Source of the DNA: Octopus bimaculoides
Lineage: Eukaryota
Assembly (NCBI RefSeq): GCF_001194135.2
Contig: NC_068982.1
Coordinates: 52,757,235 to 52,821,234, forward strand
Direction: 5' to 3'
DNA: 64,000 nt
Shown: positions 24,493 to 39,509 of the stretch, in pieces
How positions within the stretch are numbered: the first letter of the stretch is position 1
How the letters are laid out: each line of letters starts with the position of its first letter
Notes under the pieces: generated by a model
The model's database searches: none
Seen by the model: only the letters and a program-made list of their open reading frames with translations
Told to the model about the DNA's origin: nothing
Position numbers and translations under genes: made by a program

Positions 24493-24840
24493 TGTAGGTC
24501 TTGAGATTGTTGTGTCGACGCCCCCAAGCGAAGAAGTAGGATCGCCCAAGACATATAAATAAAGGTAGTCTGGCCGTGGTAGGAGTTGAGTAGCTGTTGA
24601 GTAGCAGTCGGTTAGCGGTTGAGTAGAGGTCATCCGAAGGTGCTAGATAGCAGTAGCTTGAGACATGACAGTGATATATTTCTATTCTTATTTATGTATC
24701 ATATATCTAAGGAGTCGCATTAAAAACATCTATGTGCTTGATTGTTGCAGGCAGTTCTTTTTGTTTAACCTGAAGTAACAACTGAATCTTTAAATGCTGT
24801 GTCACAGAAGAAAGCCGTTCATCGCATGAGTTTGACTACA
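24493..24840 (+). mobile_element. Candidate solo LTR
   Basis: TGTAG...CTACA ends, TATA-like catataaataaa, short gttgagtag repeats; no TSD seen. Confidence 0.3.
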
Positions 24841-25764
24841 GCTTCCTAGTCTCCCTCTCTTTTTCCTTCTCCTCCTAGCTGTACAATATATATATTTGCA
24901 GGTGTGTTACTTTAGCATGTGTTTCCGTATGAGTGAATAACTAATTTATTCCTACCACTTTATGGAAACATGTTAAAATGAACCATGAATTCAAACTTGA
25001 ATTTCGGATTTCTGAAATTTGTTTCGGTGACACAATAATTTTAAATTGTCACTCTATGACTTCTAAAATGTTTGAAATTCAAAAGCACAGCGGAGTAGCA
25101 TAAACTAGTTTTACTTTCCATTAATAGATATACATGGATCAAATCAAATGATTTCATCACCTTACAAATACACACATTTTCGCCAGTGTAAGATATGAAT
25201 ATTTTCAAATCTTCCATTGGCAAGCAAGAGTTATATGCTTTCGATTAATTTTGATTCAAATATAGTTGTACTGCATAGGAAAGAAAATTTCACTCACACA
25301 TAAAAGAAAATCAAAAAAGAATGAATGTTATATAATTTCATCCCCTTATCTGTTCAATTTGTGGATTTATTTTAGTGGCAAATCAATATTGTCTAAAATC
25401 ATAAAACATCGCAATAGGCAACGGTATTAAGTTTGAGAGTCTTTGCTTTTTTCCTTATTTTAAAACAATCTAGTAGTGTTCATCAAAGTATCAGATTAAA
25501 GCGAAACTGAATTCATTTCCAAGAACTGTCTCATACACCGGATTTAAAGACTCCACTGTCTGTCAGTGTGTATATGTATGTGTGTGTGTGTGTGTCTGTG
25601 CGTGTGCGCTCGTATTTGTGTATGTGTTTGTGCATGTGTTAGTGTGTGTGTGTATATATGTTCATGTATATATCTATATATGTGGGTATTGGCGTATTCA
25701 TATGCATATAGGTATTAATTTCATTCAACAAAGAGCTTTTACAGGAATTGTATTTATTCCAATC

Positions 25765-25855
25765 TGTTATTTCCACCATCACATCAATCAAGATCAAGAT
25801 CATCATCATCATCATCATCATCGTCATCATCATCATCATCATCATCATCATTATC
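25765..25855. repeat. (CAT)n microsatellite
   Basis: Direct reading; poly-His/Met ORFs are artefacts. Confidence 0.95.
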
Positions 25856-28663
25856 GACAGTAGCAGTTTTTGTTGGTGAATTAATTCGTAATTAAGAGTT
25901 TCAAGTCTACAATAACAAGCCTTATTATTTGCAGCATAAGTTATGCTAGAATTAAAGTTATCACAAGCACCAGACTTTGTTTTCGAAACACATAAGCAGC
26001 AACATGATATCATTTTAAAGCAAATACGTAAACAATTTTGAGATTAGCGTGAGGAGAAACAAAACTTTTCGATTTTATATCGAATAAATCCTCCTTACTT
26101 TTATACAGGGTGTATAAATAAGATTGTGACTGAACGACTATAAGACATTCTATATGATAGTCGTGAACCACATCTCCGGTGATCATACAACTGTAGGTAT
26201 TAGAGACGGTATATTACAATCTTCTGAACATCAGGACAGCATTTTCCAGTTAACCTCGATTATAAGTTTGAATTTAAATAAACTTTAACAACTATTAATA
26301 TATTGTCAATTAATATTTCTCAAAACTTAATTATAGTTTAAACTGTTTGTACCTTTAAACAAATAAATACTGTATTTTAAACTTTGAAGTGTCACTACCA
26401 GAAATCTTTATTTCGAAGATGTAAATACCAAAAATCAACTGAGAAAATTTCGAAGAAAAAAAATTGTTTTAATAGTTATTGTGATAAATTACTTTTGCTT
26501 GGTTTTTGAGGATCACCAGAGATTATTTAAAGAAATGTGGAACAATTAATTCTCCATTATTTTCTTCTGAAAAGAAGTTGAGTACTAACATGTTTATATA
26601 TTTGTATTATAAAATGTTTTTACTTTTTCAATTATATTATTATTTTTAATAAACGTAATCTAAACAAATTATGGCTTTACAAAACAAAATCAACAACACA
26701 ATAGAAACACATAATATTTCTTTGTCAATAACTACAGACAGTACAAACATATCTTAAAGAGTATCTCAAAATGCTATAATTACAAAAATTCAATATGCAG
26801 TATAATGAAATACCTTGAATTTGTTTTGTAAACACAATATTAGCATGTTATAAAGACATGAACACATAAGCCCATCATACACATTAATTGCACAGTCTAA
26901 ACATAATATATATTTCAATATATGTTTATGTCACACAAACAGAAAACAATATTCAATAATAAATACTAATGAACAGTAAACAATAATTAATACGGAACCA
27001 CCAATATATTATCAGTATAATTAACAACTGAAAGCTATTTGACAACTGATACAGACGATACGTTTCACTATCAACTTTTCGCATATCTTCACTAACCAAA
27101 GATTAGATTATCAAATACTGTAGGCGGAAGAAATACGGATATCACTAAAAGTATCTTAGATAAATCATATATACGTATGTATATATATATATATATATAT
27201 AATTAACAACTTAAAGCAATTTGACAACTGACATACATGATACGCTTCAGTATCCACTNNNNNNNNNNATATATATATATATATATATAGACATGTATAT
27301 GTATAGACATGTATATGTATATAATGTAGTAGCGGAGCCGTCAGCTATCAGATGAGCTATTCATAATATTGACAACTCTTCTTATGATAGGATAATCTGA
27401 TAATGTGATGCTATTTTCCACTTATAGCATCTGATAGATTTCTTTATCATTCTGAAAGATTTCATTACCACCTAAATCTGCTTTCTGTTCTTATACTGGC
27501 TAAAAGTTCAATAATATGAGTCAAATATCTTTCATTTGAATACGTATTTCTCATATAAACAATTATCCCACTCTTGTCAAAGGAGAATTTGACCTGAATA
27601 TTTTAATATTTTGAGGCTGTATATAATAATTTGTCTATAGTACATGGAATTTTGCTTGCAAAGCTATGGAAAATGTATATATTGTTTGATTTACAAAGAT
27701 GAGATTTAATTATACATAAACTTATATATGTCAACATATTGAAACAAATTTGTCACTTTAACTAAACACAGCAGTCAAAGATGCATTCATGTAAAGATGA
27801 AACAAATACGTGATTACAAATATTATTGTATAAATGCAGTCATGCGTTTATTTATACCGACGGACACACATGAAAATGTGCATAAAAATCTACATTCCCA
27901 TACAAAATGTAAATATATCTAACCTCAGAAATTGATTGTATAAAACTTAAAGAATAGAATTTTGGACATTTTTGCTTTTCTTATAAAAGCTGGGGGTTTG
28001 TTTATGTTTTTACGAAAAACTTTGATCAAGTATTACATATTCTTTCAAAATTGTGATTTAATCGTTTTAAAGTTTTTTTCTTCTGTGAATAATATTGAAT
28101 GTATCTTCCTCTGAATTATGTATTGTATTTTAAATATATTGAAATAGTATCGTTAACAAAAGAGAGAGTTAAAACTTAGAAATTTGTATCACTGGACATT
28201 TCCATTTGATAATCAATTTTCATAAACTTCCGGACGTGAGAATGGCTTTGCAGACAAGGGAAAGCGATATAAAACTAAAAGTTTAGGTAAAAATAATGGA
28301 ATTCATCTGGTAAAGTAATTAGTCGAGTTTTTAAATGATAGTCTGATAATATTATCAATCAAAAGTATTTTAAATAATTGGCATTACACACCAATAGTTA
28401 AGTAACAAATATATATCATAAATTCAACTCCGACATCGTTAAAAAATATACCTGAGTTACGAAGAGTAGGAAAAATTCTTTAGTATGAAAAGGTTTGATG
28501 TGAAGTCCTTATGCAATTTCAGTCCATTCCAACAGAAAATCTCAACTAGATGTACATCGATACATAGTACCTATATATNNNNNNNNNNNNNNNNNNNNNN
28601 NNNNNNNNNNNNNNNNNNNNNNNNNNNNNNNNNNNNNNNNNNNNNNNNNNNNNNNNNNNNNNC

Positions 28664-28718
<55 letters not shown>

Positions 28719-29716
28719 CAGATAGATACATATATGTATACACACACACACACACACACACAAACACACACACGCACATATATTTAATTCAGTAATTCAG
28801 TATAGTTAAGTTGTAATAATGTGTAAAAATAGTGACAATTGGCGTCTACAAATCTTACAATAACTTTGCACTATCATTCAAATATGATTTCAATTGAAGC
28901 TATTAACCTTTTTCTGCTATGCTATTTTTACGGGTATGCTATCAAGTGCAAATTTTTTTTCCAATCTAGTTATGTCAAGATGTTTACCCAACACATAGAA
29001 ATATGTTTTAAGAAAAATAAAATTTCTTGATTTATATTTTATATAAATTTCATATTACCTTAAATTATGGCTTTTGACTAAAACTTTAGGAAAATTATTT
29101 TTTTATTCGTTAGAATGCTTCTTTTAGCAGAAATCAATTTATATTTGAATACTGAAAGATACAATAATGAATTTTAACAAAAAAATTCCCTGTTTGGCAT
29201 TTCTGAGGATCATAGATGACAGCTAAACAGTAAATCTAGACACATTATCGATGTAGTCATATTGTTGATAACACATTTGAGTTTTACTATAAAGCACTTA
29301 CCGTAGATCATTAATTTTGAGTCAAATTGTGTATGGTGCTAACTGAAAATGTAAAATTATTTTTGTGCTTTTGTTGGAATTTAAAATTATACAATGTGAT
29401 CTTTTAAAGAATTACATTCAAAAACATTTTTCATGAGCTTCTCTCCACTCTTGATGTATATATGTAATGGTTTTGAAAGTGTTAACAAACTGTGCTTCAT
29501 TATTGTATTATTTTCTATTATCACAAATTCTTAATTTACAGAAAAAAATTCTTTTGTCTAAGATGAGAATGATTTCATCATTAGTTGCATTTCTTTAGGT
29601 AAAATAATCCATTTAGTTTACCTGTTCGAAATATAATCCCGACACAAGTGAACTTACATGTTGCGTCAGTCAGACATCTTTTGCAATATACATATATATA
29701 CACACACATACCCCCC

Positions 29717-29767
<51 letters not shown>

Positions 29768-32058
29768 CATAAAATTCTACATTATGTATAGAATACTTTC
29801 CTTTCGTTTGTAAACAAGAATATACTCGCTGCTATCCATTTAAGCCCTATCTATGAAACGAGGACAACCATTTCATGATAGAGATCTACCTTCTCCTTAA
29901 CTCCTTGAAGAATATACAAATACGGTTTTAAAACATCCACGCATTACAGACTATCGAATCAAAAACGGAAATGAAAGCGTTATGGTGTGAATGGGAGGGA
30001 ACACCGTTTGAAGATAGACACTACTGAAATACCCTGCGAAAACGGAATCTTCAGTTCAGGAACTTGAATCTGCTTAATCAGTTTGATGAAAAACGGTAAG
30101 GCTTCGACATCAAACCAATTCATTGAACAAAAGTCACTTGAACAATTACTTAAAACGTAAAAAAATCTTCCAATGTCCACATACTTGCAAACAACATATG
30201 AACTTACATATTTTACATTTCTGGCAAATGATTTTACCAAAGTATACAAAACATAAATGTACCCCATTCCCTTTAATACCTTTAACATAGAAACGAAAGA
30301 ACTAGCCTTTCAGATTCGATTAGAAAATCGCTTTGCGCGAAAACTACATGACGGTTAGCGATCATAAGGCAAATTTTCTCATACTCTAAATGCGAGTTTT
30401 TAAGACCCCTCCAGAAGCTTCTTCTCGACGCAGTTACCCTTACGATTAGTGGCTTCACAATATTGAACGCAAACTATTCTTCAGTTACATCTAATGCGAT
30501 ATACTTTACTTGTAATTATCTTTATCTAAAACCCTTCCCTTGAAAGTCCTCGAATTCAAGAGAACGTTTACTATCGGTGACCTCGATAACTGGGTGAGAA
30601 TGAACGCTTGCCACACTCTTCGTCATCTCCATGGATAATAACGACGGTGCTGAGGTTAAAGATCTAGTGAGACATTTCAAGCTAGACACCTATATGACAC
30701 CAGGCAATTTAGAAGCGGCTCTTTAGTAATATCATACAAGTTCCATATAAAGATCTCCATTGACACACACCTTACAGTATGTAGCATTTTATGGATTACA
30801 TTTGATTTAACCACAATCATTATTACGAAGGGAAGGAAATAGAAAAATCATGCGCATTCACAAGAACTTTAGTCGTACTTCAGGCATAATTAAGAACCAT
30901 GCAAACTGTATAACAATTTGTGACTTATCCTCAGACATTTTCAAAATATTTCTGTCTGAGTGACAAGAAGAGGAATTTGCAAGAAGATAGTTTACGAGGA
31001 ACATTTCACCAACACCCAGTTGCAGAACCGGAAAAAAAAAACTGGCTGAATCCATCTCTTAATGAGAATATAGGTACTAAAATAGCCAAGAACAAGTTTT
31101 TATCCTTAGTGAAGAACTATTTTATCCACACGCATACATACAACAAACACTTTAATACGAATGACATTAATATATTTAGTTGTCTTTTAAACTTTAGGTT
31201 TTGAAAATCTCAGAGTGTGTAGCCATAATGTCAGCTTATTGCAACTTCTTTATATAGATCTGGGAGGAAAATAATTACAATTTCAAAATAAATGTGTAAA
31301 CGGGATTACGTTTCGACTCTCTAATTTAGTTTCTATACAGTTTTCTTTGTCTTTATACAAAAAAATTTTGATTAGAATCAGTCTCAACTGCTTTTAGAAA
31401 ACATATCAAATCATTTGGTTGTCATTTTCAGAAGTAAATAAATAAAAGAATTCACAAAGAAATCTGGTAGGGAATTTAACATATTAGATGCTTTGTAAAT
31501 AATTTGTATCTAAATATATTACCGTGAAGATGTATTTTATTAAATAAATGTGACTGGAAAACCATGTAGCAACATTAAAATTTTATACGTTTATTTTACG
31601 GCCAAATAAAATGTCGTGCAAACATTGAACTGGAATTATTTTATTCGTTAGTGTGAAAAAAAGATCAGGAAAAGAAAACATGAATGGTACAGGTCTCAGA
31701 TCAATACTACTCTGAGAATACAAGAGAAACATCGAGTGTATCGTGTCAGTGAGTTTAAGCTGAGTGTGTTTAAGATGGGGTTCTAACATTTAGTAAGATC
31801 AGTGCATCAGAAAATTGGTGAATAAAGGTATGCCAATTCATCTAATAAACTTTTTGTCAGAGATGAATTCTTTAGTGAGTGTATGAGAAAAAGTCCTAAG
31901 TAATTTAACGGAATCAATACTCATGTATAGTTATATTCAAAGTTGAAACTTTGACTTACTTATTGTTGTTGTCATTGCTATTATTATTATCATTGTTGTT
32001 GTTGTTGTTCTTCTTCTTTTTCTTCTTCTTCTTCTTCTAAATCTTCCTTTAATAATTT

Positions 32059-32123
<65 letters not shown>

Positions 32124-33418
32124 TCTGTCTGTCTGCCTGTCTGTCTGTCTATCAATCTATGTATCTCTCTATGAGAGAAGCAATTCCCATGTTCAACTTC
32201 AACTTCTACGGGTTTATGGCTTTCTGGAAAGAGTTCGGAATGAAAGATGAAGAAAGGAGGGAAGGAAGGATAGTTTGATATTTAGTAGGGAATAATATGT
32301 GGAGCAAAGGCAAGCATTTTAGATGAAATCAGATGAAGGCAATAGACAGCTTGTATTACTCAAAGGATAGAAGTAGAAGAGGCGCAGAATGACTTCATCT
32401 TTTTAATGAACAAATCGGGTTGACAATCCGTTAGATTATACCTTTATTGGGTGCGATCTAGAATTGTTGCATGCTTAGCAGTTGCCCTCTTTCCGCTATT
32501 TTGATTTTACTTTGATGCTTCAGTAAAGGTGAAAAGCTGTTTAGAGCTGAAATATTTTCGGGCGATAACGAGGTATCTTACTCTATGAAATTCTGTATTG
32601 TGCATCTTATGCAAGTGAGGTCATCATAAGAGATAATCAGAATTTGCGAGATTTAATAAAATGTGAGCAGATTTGAGTATGGTGGTCGTAGTGTTAGGTA
32701 TTGATTCAGTCGTGTAATTGCTGAAATTTGTGCTAATGAATTTAGATAGGTTACAGTATTAATTTTGCTGTGCATAAATTTCATATGGATGAAGCCTAAG
32801 AACAAATGCTTGCAAGTAAAGAAGAGTGGCAGGAAGAAGTAGTTTTCTTGGTTATTAACATCGAGAACATAATTGATATATGCAACAAAGAATGAATACA
32901 TATACGAACTCTGAGAAATGATGAATCTGATAGAATCTGAATCAGTGATCCCAACTGACATGCAGTGTGACGAATTGTCTGATATGAAACTTCCGATTCA
33001 AGGAGTGAACGTTTGGTAGAAGGTAATTTTGTTATGATATTCTCGTATCGAACATTTTACTGGAGTCTAAAGAGCAACAATATCTCTTTCTCCGAAGTTC
33101 TAAAGGATGACAGATATATATATATATATAATATGTCTTATCTCATAAATATGATTTTATTGAACCATACAGAAGGTTATTGACGAAGGTAAGAGACTTT
33201 GCATTGTAGGAACTGATCATTTACAACTTCTTCCGTTACATAATGATTTAATAAAATCAAAATAAATGAATAAATAAAATTAAAAGGAAATAAAAAACAA
33301 TAACAGACAAAACTAGAAAAGAATTAATTTACACCAAGTCCCCTTAGCCATGCTAATAACAGACTAGATTCTAATACGATTGACAAACATTCAATCTCAT
33401 TATGAAATCTTTAAATAA

Positions 33419-33633
33419 GGCAGCGAGCTGGCAGAAAAGTTAACACGCCAAGTAAAATGCTTAGCGGTATTTCATCAGTCTTTATTTTCTGAGTTCAAAT
33501 TCCGTTGAGGTTGCATTTGCCTTTCGTCTTATCGCAGTCGATAAAATAAGTACCAGCTGAGCACTGAGGGACGATGTAATCGATCTCTCCCCCGAAATTA
33601 CTGGCCTTGTGCGAAAGCATGAAAGCATTTATT
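33419..33633 (+). mobile_element. SINE family A, full length
   Basis: ggcagcgagctggcagaaaagttaacacgcc...gttcaaattccg...gtcgataaaataagtaccagc...ctggccttgtg. Confidence 0.88.
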
Positions 33634-33654
33634 ACATCTGTGACTGGACGATGT

Positions 33655-33870
33655 ATGGGCAGAATCGTTTGAGTATCGGACAAAATACTTTGCGATATTT
33701 GATCAACCACCTTATTGACTTAGTTCAAATCCCACCGAGGTTGAGTTTGCCTTTCATCTCTTCAGCGTTGAGAAAATAAGTAACCAGTCAATTATTGCAT
33801 TCATTCTAACAAATAATTTCCGACCTGTCAACTGATGGGCTTGTGTTTATAGTAGAAGCGATTAGTCTCT
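33655..33870 (+). mobile_element. Second, more diverged SINE family A copy in tandem
   Basis: ggcagaatcgtt...gttcaaatcccaccgaggttgagtttgcctttcatc...aaaataagtaaccag. Confidence 0.7.
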
Positions 33871-34807
33871 GACTGGTATAAAGTTGTAAAGAGGGTCCAC
33901 GCTAAATATTGTGAAATATGTAGTTTCGTCTCTCTCGGAGTCTAGCTGGAATTGGGGCTTATAAAAAAAAAAAATCGGTTATTGTATTTTGAACGAGAAG
34001 CGTCTTTTCACTGCATTTTGCACTGTAATGCCGCCAGCGCCTGCAGATATTGATAATCAAATACAGTCATAAGAATTCGAGGGATGTTGCGTCTGTGTCA
34101 ACAGGAGTCAATGACATAATTTTTCGGTAAAGGTTTTGCTTGAAACCTTAGGTGCTTCCTTTTTCACAGCATGCCAACATAAATTTTTCTGCTTCCATTA
34201 ATTATATAATACTCCCACTGAGTATAGCCATAAGCCTCTACGGTATCTACTTAGAGCTGGGTCGAATGAGTTGATGAAACCTGAATAAACTAGAATAAAC
34301 AGTGAAAAGCTGAAGACATACAAATTCTCAGCATTTTCTTTGTTCAGTGGGCGGAAACCTTATCATATCACTGATATGATTCTAACCGATAGCATAAAAC
34401 TTAAATATGACAACGAAACTAAATAGGTGCTCGAAAGAAACAGAAAAAATCCCAGAAAAAAAAAATTTTTAATCATAAAGTAATATAAAAAAGGAGGAAG
34501 TCAGGAAGTAGAGAATGAAATAACCTAGCTTCGTGGTTAAAGAAGATCGTAACGTAAGAGACAAAAGATTAAATGGAAAGAAAAAAAACATGGCGAATTT
34601 TTTTTTTCCATTTTTGAAATGTGCAGTGAAAACAAATTAATGATTTCAATGTAATTACAAAATTTAATTAAAGAAGAAGAGAAAGTCTAATGCATAATGA
34701 CAATATTGATTTCTAAAACCTAAAAGCTTGTTAAATATAGGAACTTGAATATATACTGAAGTGAAATGACGCAGAGATTAGTGCTTGACATATGTCTGTG
34801 TGTTTTT

Positions 34808-34932
<125 letters not shown>

Positions 34933-35783
34933 TGTGTTTTGTGTGCGCGCGCGTGTGTCTGTGTACGTGTGTGTGGGTGAGTGTGTGAGTGTGTATATAT
35001 ATATATGTATGTATGTATGTAAGTGCGTGTGTGCGTGCGTACGTACGTGCGCGTGTATATGTGTAAGTGAAATTTTATGATAAAGGAAATCAGGACACAT
35101 CATTTTGAATATTGACAGGATATGCTTATTGTACTGTACAAATCAGTGAAAGAAAAATTCAGTAGTGTCTAGCATGGAGAGTATTAAGGTACTTATCGCA
35201 ATGTTGAAATGATGATCCATAGGAATAAAATGTTTTATTAGATGACAGTTACAAAACTTTAACCTGATCTGGTCAATAAGTGATTCATAGAATTTATATC
35301 ATATTGTACAATACATTTGATATTAATAAAATGTAGACATTTTGTTAATTGAAAACTTTTAGGTTCGTATGAACAAACCTAAAAATACACAAAGCATTCT
35401 TTAGTTTCAAAACATCTAATATACAACTACATACATCCAGAGATTAAATACCTCTTATAAACTTTGTGAGTCGATTTTTTTCAAGGAGCTAAACTTTCGC
35501 TATTGATTGCCTATCAATTTAATTATCCTATCCAGAATCAAGCAATTTACCTTGTATAATTGGAAGCTGTAGGAGCAGTGAATTAGAAAAAAAAATCAGT
35601 AGAGTATTGGAGATATACCTGCAGTACATAAGTATGACTCTTTACATTCTAAATTCAAATCCTACCATTGTTTAATTTGTCCTTGATATATAAAGTGTCA
35701 ATAGAAAAGTGATATAGATTCATCAACTGGGTCATTCTCCCAAAATGTATGTTGTCTTGTATCTGTCAGTAAATGTATGTATG

Positions 35784-37058
35784 TCATTATTCAGTTTCAT
35801 TCCAAGATGTCTTGCTAATAGAGAAGCCAGTCTGGATCTAGATCCAAGGCTACTTCATTGGAATTTCAACAAAATCAACAAGGTACTTTTCCATGCAGTA
35901 TTTGGAGTCAGTACATGTGCAAATCTATACGCTTTTATGTATGGATACTCTTGCTTATAGTTGCATATCTAAACATGCGCATGTACAGGGTGCGATGAGT
36001 AAATTGTCACCATTTTATATTTTTAATTTTGCACATGTGCATTGTTTGTTTTTGATTTTGTTGACTACACAGTATAGAAAGATGAGTTGGGCACCGTCTG
36101 TGAGAAAAAAAAAGCACCATGATGCAATTCCTTCAGCCAACAATTTGGAAATGGCATGCTGTACTGATTGGCATTCGCGCCGGAAGCTCCAATACTAACA
36201 TTTCAGAGTGTTTGGGTGTCAGTCTGAGGTCAGTGCTATCTCAAGATATGTACCGAGAGTGATAAAAATCAAACATTCCGTGATCACTAGTGATGGCGAC
36301 GTTATGCCTCCATTCATCTTCCCACACGGCCTCACACTCAACACGGAGGCCTACATCAAGTGCTCGGATGATGTAGTGCTGCCCTTGATCAAGAGGGTGG
36401 CTGCTGGAAGACCCTGGCAACAGGACTCTGCACTATGCCACACAAGCAGGAGAATCCAGTCATGGCTGTCAGACGATTTCTGCGACCACATCACTCCTAA
36501 CATCTGACCACTTAACTCGCCAGAGTGCAACCCTCTTGATTATTATGTGTGGGGCACAATTGAGCAAGAGACCAACAAAACTCCTTGTAACACCAAAGAT
36601 GAATTGAATGCCAGCATTATGGCAGCATTCACCAACTTAAGGAAGGAAACCGACCAGAATAGTTGCAGGAAATTCTGAAGTTGTCTGGAGGCCATGGTTG
36701 AAGCCAATGGCGATTTTATTGAATAAATTTACTGTTTAGTATTTCAAAATACTTTTATGTAATTTTGGTAAACATAACTGTTAAAATGAGATGTCAGTGT
36801 AATTTTTCTTTTTGCGTAATTTAGACGACAGTTTTATTCACCGAACCCTGTATACTTAAAAGATAAACTGCTGGAAAATTTTACAAATTTTTACAGTTCT
36901 AGTGATGGCTTGGATCTGTAGTCTTCGAATCAGCTTTCTTCTTTCTGGTTATGAGAAACCGAATTTCACAAGATTGGTACATAGGCAGTGTGTTACATAT
37001 CCCAATGCATCAATAATTACAGGGATAAACTTGAATTTGTCATCTGGGTAGAGCAACC
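35784..37058 (-). mobile_element. R4-type RLE retrotransposon 3' fragment (35784-35985 and 36851-37058), split by a maT transposon
   Basis: Minus strand LLYPDDKFKFIPVIIDALGYVTHCLCTNLVKFGFS*PERRKLIRRLQIQAITRTVKICKIFQQFIF*; the 3' UTR on the far side of the maT matches 57411-57500 and ends AAACTGAATAATGA followed by CATACATACAT. Confidence 0.88.
35986..36850 (+). mobile_element. Internally deleted Tc1/mariner DD37D (maT) transposon
   Basis: TA TSDs (35984-35985, 36851-36852); imperfect TIRs cagggtgcgatgagtaaattgtc / gacagttttattcaccgaaccctg; transposase C-terminus WQQD-SALCHT...P*PLNSPECNPLD-YYVWG with exactly 37 residues between the two Asp; stop at 36724-36726. Confidence 0.92.
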
Positions 37059-37687
37059 GCGATGACACCCCCCCCCACACACACACACAAACACACAAGC
37101 ACACACACAAACACACACACAAACATGCACACAAACACACACACACGAACATTGTTGACGAGGGTATACTAAATGCTATATGTAACAAATTCTTAATTTA
37201 TTGAAATTTACTTGCGGACAGAAAACAAAATTCTGGAGATATTTGTAAACAGCTGCGAAAGGGGAAATAATTTCAATAAGAATTAAAAGAAATTTTACGG
37301 TGATTGAAAAAAGGCAAATCTTATTTGTATTTAAGAGACTAAGTTCACCAAGTTCGTCCTCATTATTAAAAGAACAGGTCAGTTTCCAAGCAGATTTGAA
37401 CAATTTAACATATACAGAAAGACTTTAGTATATTTTTGACTGAGAATAATTGTATCTTTAAAGTGAAAAGGAACAAAAAAATGATAACTCAATCGCCCCT
37501 GTAGCATGAATGTATGCAATAAAATGACGGGGCGATGGTGGTGTACAGAAATCTGTACGCAATGAATTCTTTAGTTATTGAAATTTTCCTCGTGGACAGA
37601 AAAGAAAAGCAAAATCTTAGCGGTGGTTATTAGCATTTCTAAAAAAGAATGGTAGAGACAATTTCAAGATAAGAAAAATAATTTCAG

Positions 37688-38068
37688 AAGTATGGCTGTG
37701 TGGCTTACAAATTCGCTTCGCAATCACGTGGATTCGAATTCAATTCCGCTTCACGGGCTGGCAAATGCATTGTGAGTGAATTTGTTAAACGGAAACTGTG
37801 TGGAATTCTGTCATATATGTATGTGTGTGTGTGTGTGTGTGTGTGTTCGTGCGTGAGCGTCTGTCTGTGCGAGTATACATCTTTGTGTTTGCTCTCCCAC
37901 GCAAGAATACCGGTGTTGGTTTATTTAGGTCTCCATAACTTATCGGTTAGGTAAAAAGAGATCAATTAAATTAGACATAAATTAAAAACGGGGATCGGTT
38001 TGTTCGACTATACCTTTCATAGCAGTACCTCGTCATGTTTGCAGTCCAATGACTGAAACAAATACAAG
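37688..38068 (+). mobile_element. SINE family B, full length but old
   Basis: tatggctgtgtgg...gtgagtgaatttgttaaacggaaactg...(TG)n...ccataacttatcggtt...gcagtccaatgactgaaacaa. Confidence 0.75.
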
Positions 38069-39174
38069 GCTTGAATGAATTAACCAAGGAACAGTCTGCT
38101 CTATGATTCAGAGATGAGTTACAGCTATGAATGCTTTTCTGCCTCGTTGTGGTCTAATCGGCGAAGCATCATCTTACGTCCCTATGAGAGATATGGAGAT
38201 TTACAGACATAAATATATCAGAAGATCTGCACAGTGGAATATGATAGGAATTTCAGTGTGGTTATTACATCTGGGTTGCAGTATATAATCACCAGTCTGC
38301 ATCAGATCTAAAGGCCATGAAGCATAAAGAAGGCATATATGTAATCTTACCCAACTGACAGCTGTTTCAAGGCTTGGAGTATTGGATTAAATTATATGAG
38401 CCGCCAATGCATGAGTAATGTTTAGTATTTTACTTTCTAGAATTTCACCAGTTACAGTTGTTAGCTTTGGATTGTTTTGCAACAAAATCGATATCCGTTT
38501 CCGATTCAACCATGTTCAATTTAACCCTTATAGATTTATATCAAATTTCAGCATCATTAAAGTAATGACTATTCATTTACAGTTTGCTTATAACTCTGCC
38601 TTTGAGTATAGATGTTCAGATATAGATTTGTAGTCACTCAATATGCCATTGATCACAGCTAAATATCTTTATCATCTTTGTCAGCATTCACCAGATAGGG
38701 GCTGATGGAATATTAATCAGCTCACTACTGTATAAACGAAACAAGGTTAAAGAAAACAAAAAACGTTCAAGACTACACAACCCCGGCTACCGCATAGAAA
38801 GTAGCATTCTTGACGATTAAATTTCGGTGTATAGAATAAAATTTTAGAGTTTACATATTTAATAATGGGTCCATTAAAATTCTAATTAAATGTTGTTACG
38901 CTGTGAGAAAAGGCAATTTTAGCAAATGATTAATATTATTTCAATTATTTCGGTCACAACGAGAGATAGTTCCTAATATGTTGAAGTGTTATATCCTGGT
39001 CAGTTTCTCGTCGGCAGAATAGTCATGATGTGATGATAAAAAGCAAACTTTCCTTATAATATAATGCAGCAACACTTGTAATATTGCTGCACGAGTTGGT
39101 AGGCTGGAATTAGAAGAATTAGAAGCAGGAATTAGTGTATAATTGTGTGATGTTGACACAAAATAGTTGTAAAT

Positions 39175-39374
39175 ATTAGTTTCAAGTTTTAGCACAAGGT
39201 CAGCTAGTTCAGGGAAGGCGATTAGTCGATTACATCGACGCCAGTATTCAACTGATATTTATTTTCTGAAAGGCAAGGTCGAACTTTGTGGAATGTGAAC
39301 TCAGACCGTAAGAACGGACGAAAAGCTGCTAAGTATTTTGCTCGGCGTGTTAACTATTCTGCCAGTTCGCCGCC
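39175..39374 (-). mobile_element. SINE family A
   Basis: Reverse complement begins ggcggcgaactggcagaatagttaacacgccgagc...gttcacattccac...gtcgatgtaatcgac. Confidence 0.85.
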
Positions 39375-39509
39375 TTAATATTAAAAATAAAAACTAAGGC
39401 TCTACGCACTTTTTCTCCAAAACAAGTCTTAGGCTTTCTACTTCATTAGATGAATATATTCACAACCTAGATGATAATAAGATTAGTTATGAGTTAAAAT
39501 GATCGGTGC

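Noticed and set aside
27345-27440. 13-15-bp inverted repeat (ctatcagatg(a)gcta / tagcatctgatag)
   Set aside because: Short, no TSD or family evidence; may be chance or a MITE remnant.
29830-30760. Possible Penelope GIY-YIG relic (TSNAIYFTC; TIGDLDNWVRMN)
   Set aside because: Similarity too weak to call by eye; needs a frameshift-aware profile search.
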